Positions 63,380 to 64,000 of a stretch of DNA of 64,000 nucleotides are shown piece by piece. Position numbers and translations under genes: made by a program. The DNA is from Thermomicrobiales bacterium. Its GTDB lineage: Bacteria; Chloroflexota; Chloroflexia; Thermomicrobiales; UBA6265. Below the pieces are notes generated by a model. It ran no database searches, was not told where the DNA came from, and worked only from the letters and a program-made list of their open reading frames with translations. Numbering within the stretch: position 1 is the first letter of the stretch; each line of letters opens with the position of its first letter. The stretch lies in contig JAXLWU010000001.1 of assembly GCA_046328335.1 (NCBI GenBank), positions 474,586 to 538,585 on the forward strand. Direction: 5' to 3'.

Positions 63380-64000
63380 ATGGACGGTCTACAGCGGCGC
63401 ACCTCTCGCATTCTCGCGGCCGATGGCCGCACCGTGGTGCTCGCATTCGATCATGGCATCGGCGGCGCCCGGCACGCGGGAATGCGCTACCCCGGGCCGA
63501 CGCTCAACGAGTGTATTGTCGCCGGATCTGACGCGATTCTGACCACGCCTGGTCTGGCGCGCCAGTATGGTGATGCCCTGACCCGCGTCGGCCTGGTGTT
63601 GACACTCGATCTCGCCGCCGGGCACGAGGAAACTGCGGTGCGCGAAGCGGTCCTGCTCGGGGCGGAGATGGGCAAGTTCATCTTCACGCCATGGAGCGAC
63701 GCGGTGCCGGATAGTCTGGCGCGCACCCGGCACATGGTCTCCGTGGCGCACGATGCTGGTCTGCCGATGATGGTCGAGCCGATCCCGGTGTCGTTCGAGG
63801 AGCGGAGCGCGCATACGCCGGAGAATATCGGCAAGGGCGCGAAGATGGCTTGCGAACTCGATTCCGACATCGTCAAGATGCAGTACTCCGGCGACCCGGA
63901 GAGTTTCCAGGAGATCATGAGCACCCTGTATCGCCCGGTGGTGATTCTCGGTGGCCCCGGGCGCAACAACGAGCGGGCGGTCCTGCAGGATATCCGCCAC
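63380..64000 (+). CDS. DhnA/FbaB-type class I aldolase family protein; 3' end runs off the window (not in the supplied ORF track)
   Basis: My own translation from the ATG at 63380: MDGLQRRTSRILAADGRTVVLAFDHGIGG...MMVEPIP...DSDIVKMQY (Schiff-base Lys context)...VVILGGPG. Open to base 64000. Confidence 0.75.
   Translation, partial: MDGLQRRTSRILAADGRTVVLAFDHGIGGARHAGMRYPGPTLNECIVAGSDAILTTPGLARQYGDALTRVGLVLTLDLAAGHEETAVREAVLLGAEMGKFIFTPWSDAVPDSLARTRHMVSVAHDAGLPMMVEPIPVSFEERSAHTPENIGKGAKMACELDSDIVKMQYSGDPESFQEIMSTLYRPVVILGGPGRNNERAVLQDIRH

Noticed and set aside
63389-64000. 203-aa and 160-aa minus-strand ORFs at the window end
   Set aside because: The + strand encodes a recognisable class I aldolase. 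The minus-strand products are compositional shadows.

Overview
High-GC (roughly two-thirds G+C by eye) bacterial chromosomal window. It is mostly housekeeping and metabolic genes. I saw no rRNA, tRNA or CRISPR. Gene content (ba3-type oxidase, F420-type enzymes, an MglA-like GTPase, three families of short GC-rich interspersed repeats) suggests a Chloroflexota/Thermomicrobia-like organism; this is inference only. Gene order: osmoprotectant ABC genes (5' truncated); a 2,028-aa secreted Cys-rich giant protein; queG; an orphan ABC permease; a 'sunset'-motif membrane protein; PrsW; the cbaD-cbaB-cbaA ba3 oxidase operon; hflX coupled to an mglA-like GTPase; an ECF sigma/anti-sigma pair; an LLM oxidoreductase; a catalytically degenerate ArgH-like protein; DUF362; a homocysteine methyltransferase; an IS110 remnant; an SH3b/SLT murein hydrolase; PfkB kinase, cyclase, acyl-CoA dehydrogenase and ADP-forming acyl-CoA synthetase; a T-box leader with dapA-dapB; a BMP-type nucleoside ABC transporter; TerC; a fused ctaA-ctaB; a frameshifted threonine dehydratase; a small paralog of the giant protein; a methyltransferase; MFS; a class-III aminotransferase; and a sugar/polyol locus (PMI, FGGY kinase, CUT1 ABC, Zn-ADH, DhnA-type aldolase running off the 3' edge). 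The observations I rate highest are: (1) the giant protein and its small paralog, which share a Tat-like leader, a pentapeptide-repeat block and disulfide-rich modules; (2) a T-box with an apparent Lys (AAG) specifier upstream of dapAB, and 11 consecutive Thr codons at the dapA 5' end; (3) an ArgH-fold protein with all three catalytic motifs degenerate; (4) co-oriented CCCTCACCCCAACCCCTCTCCC hairpin repeats plus two further repeat families; (5) two apparent reading-frame or start-codon defects. Many long ORFs in the supplied track are antisense shadows of real genes and were not called.
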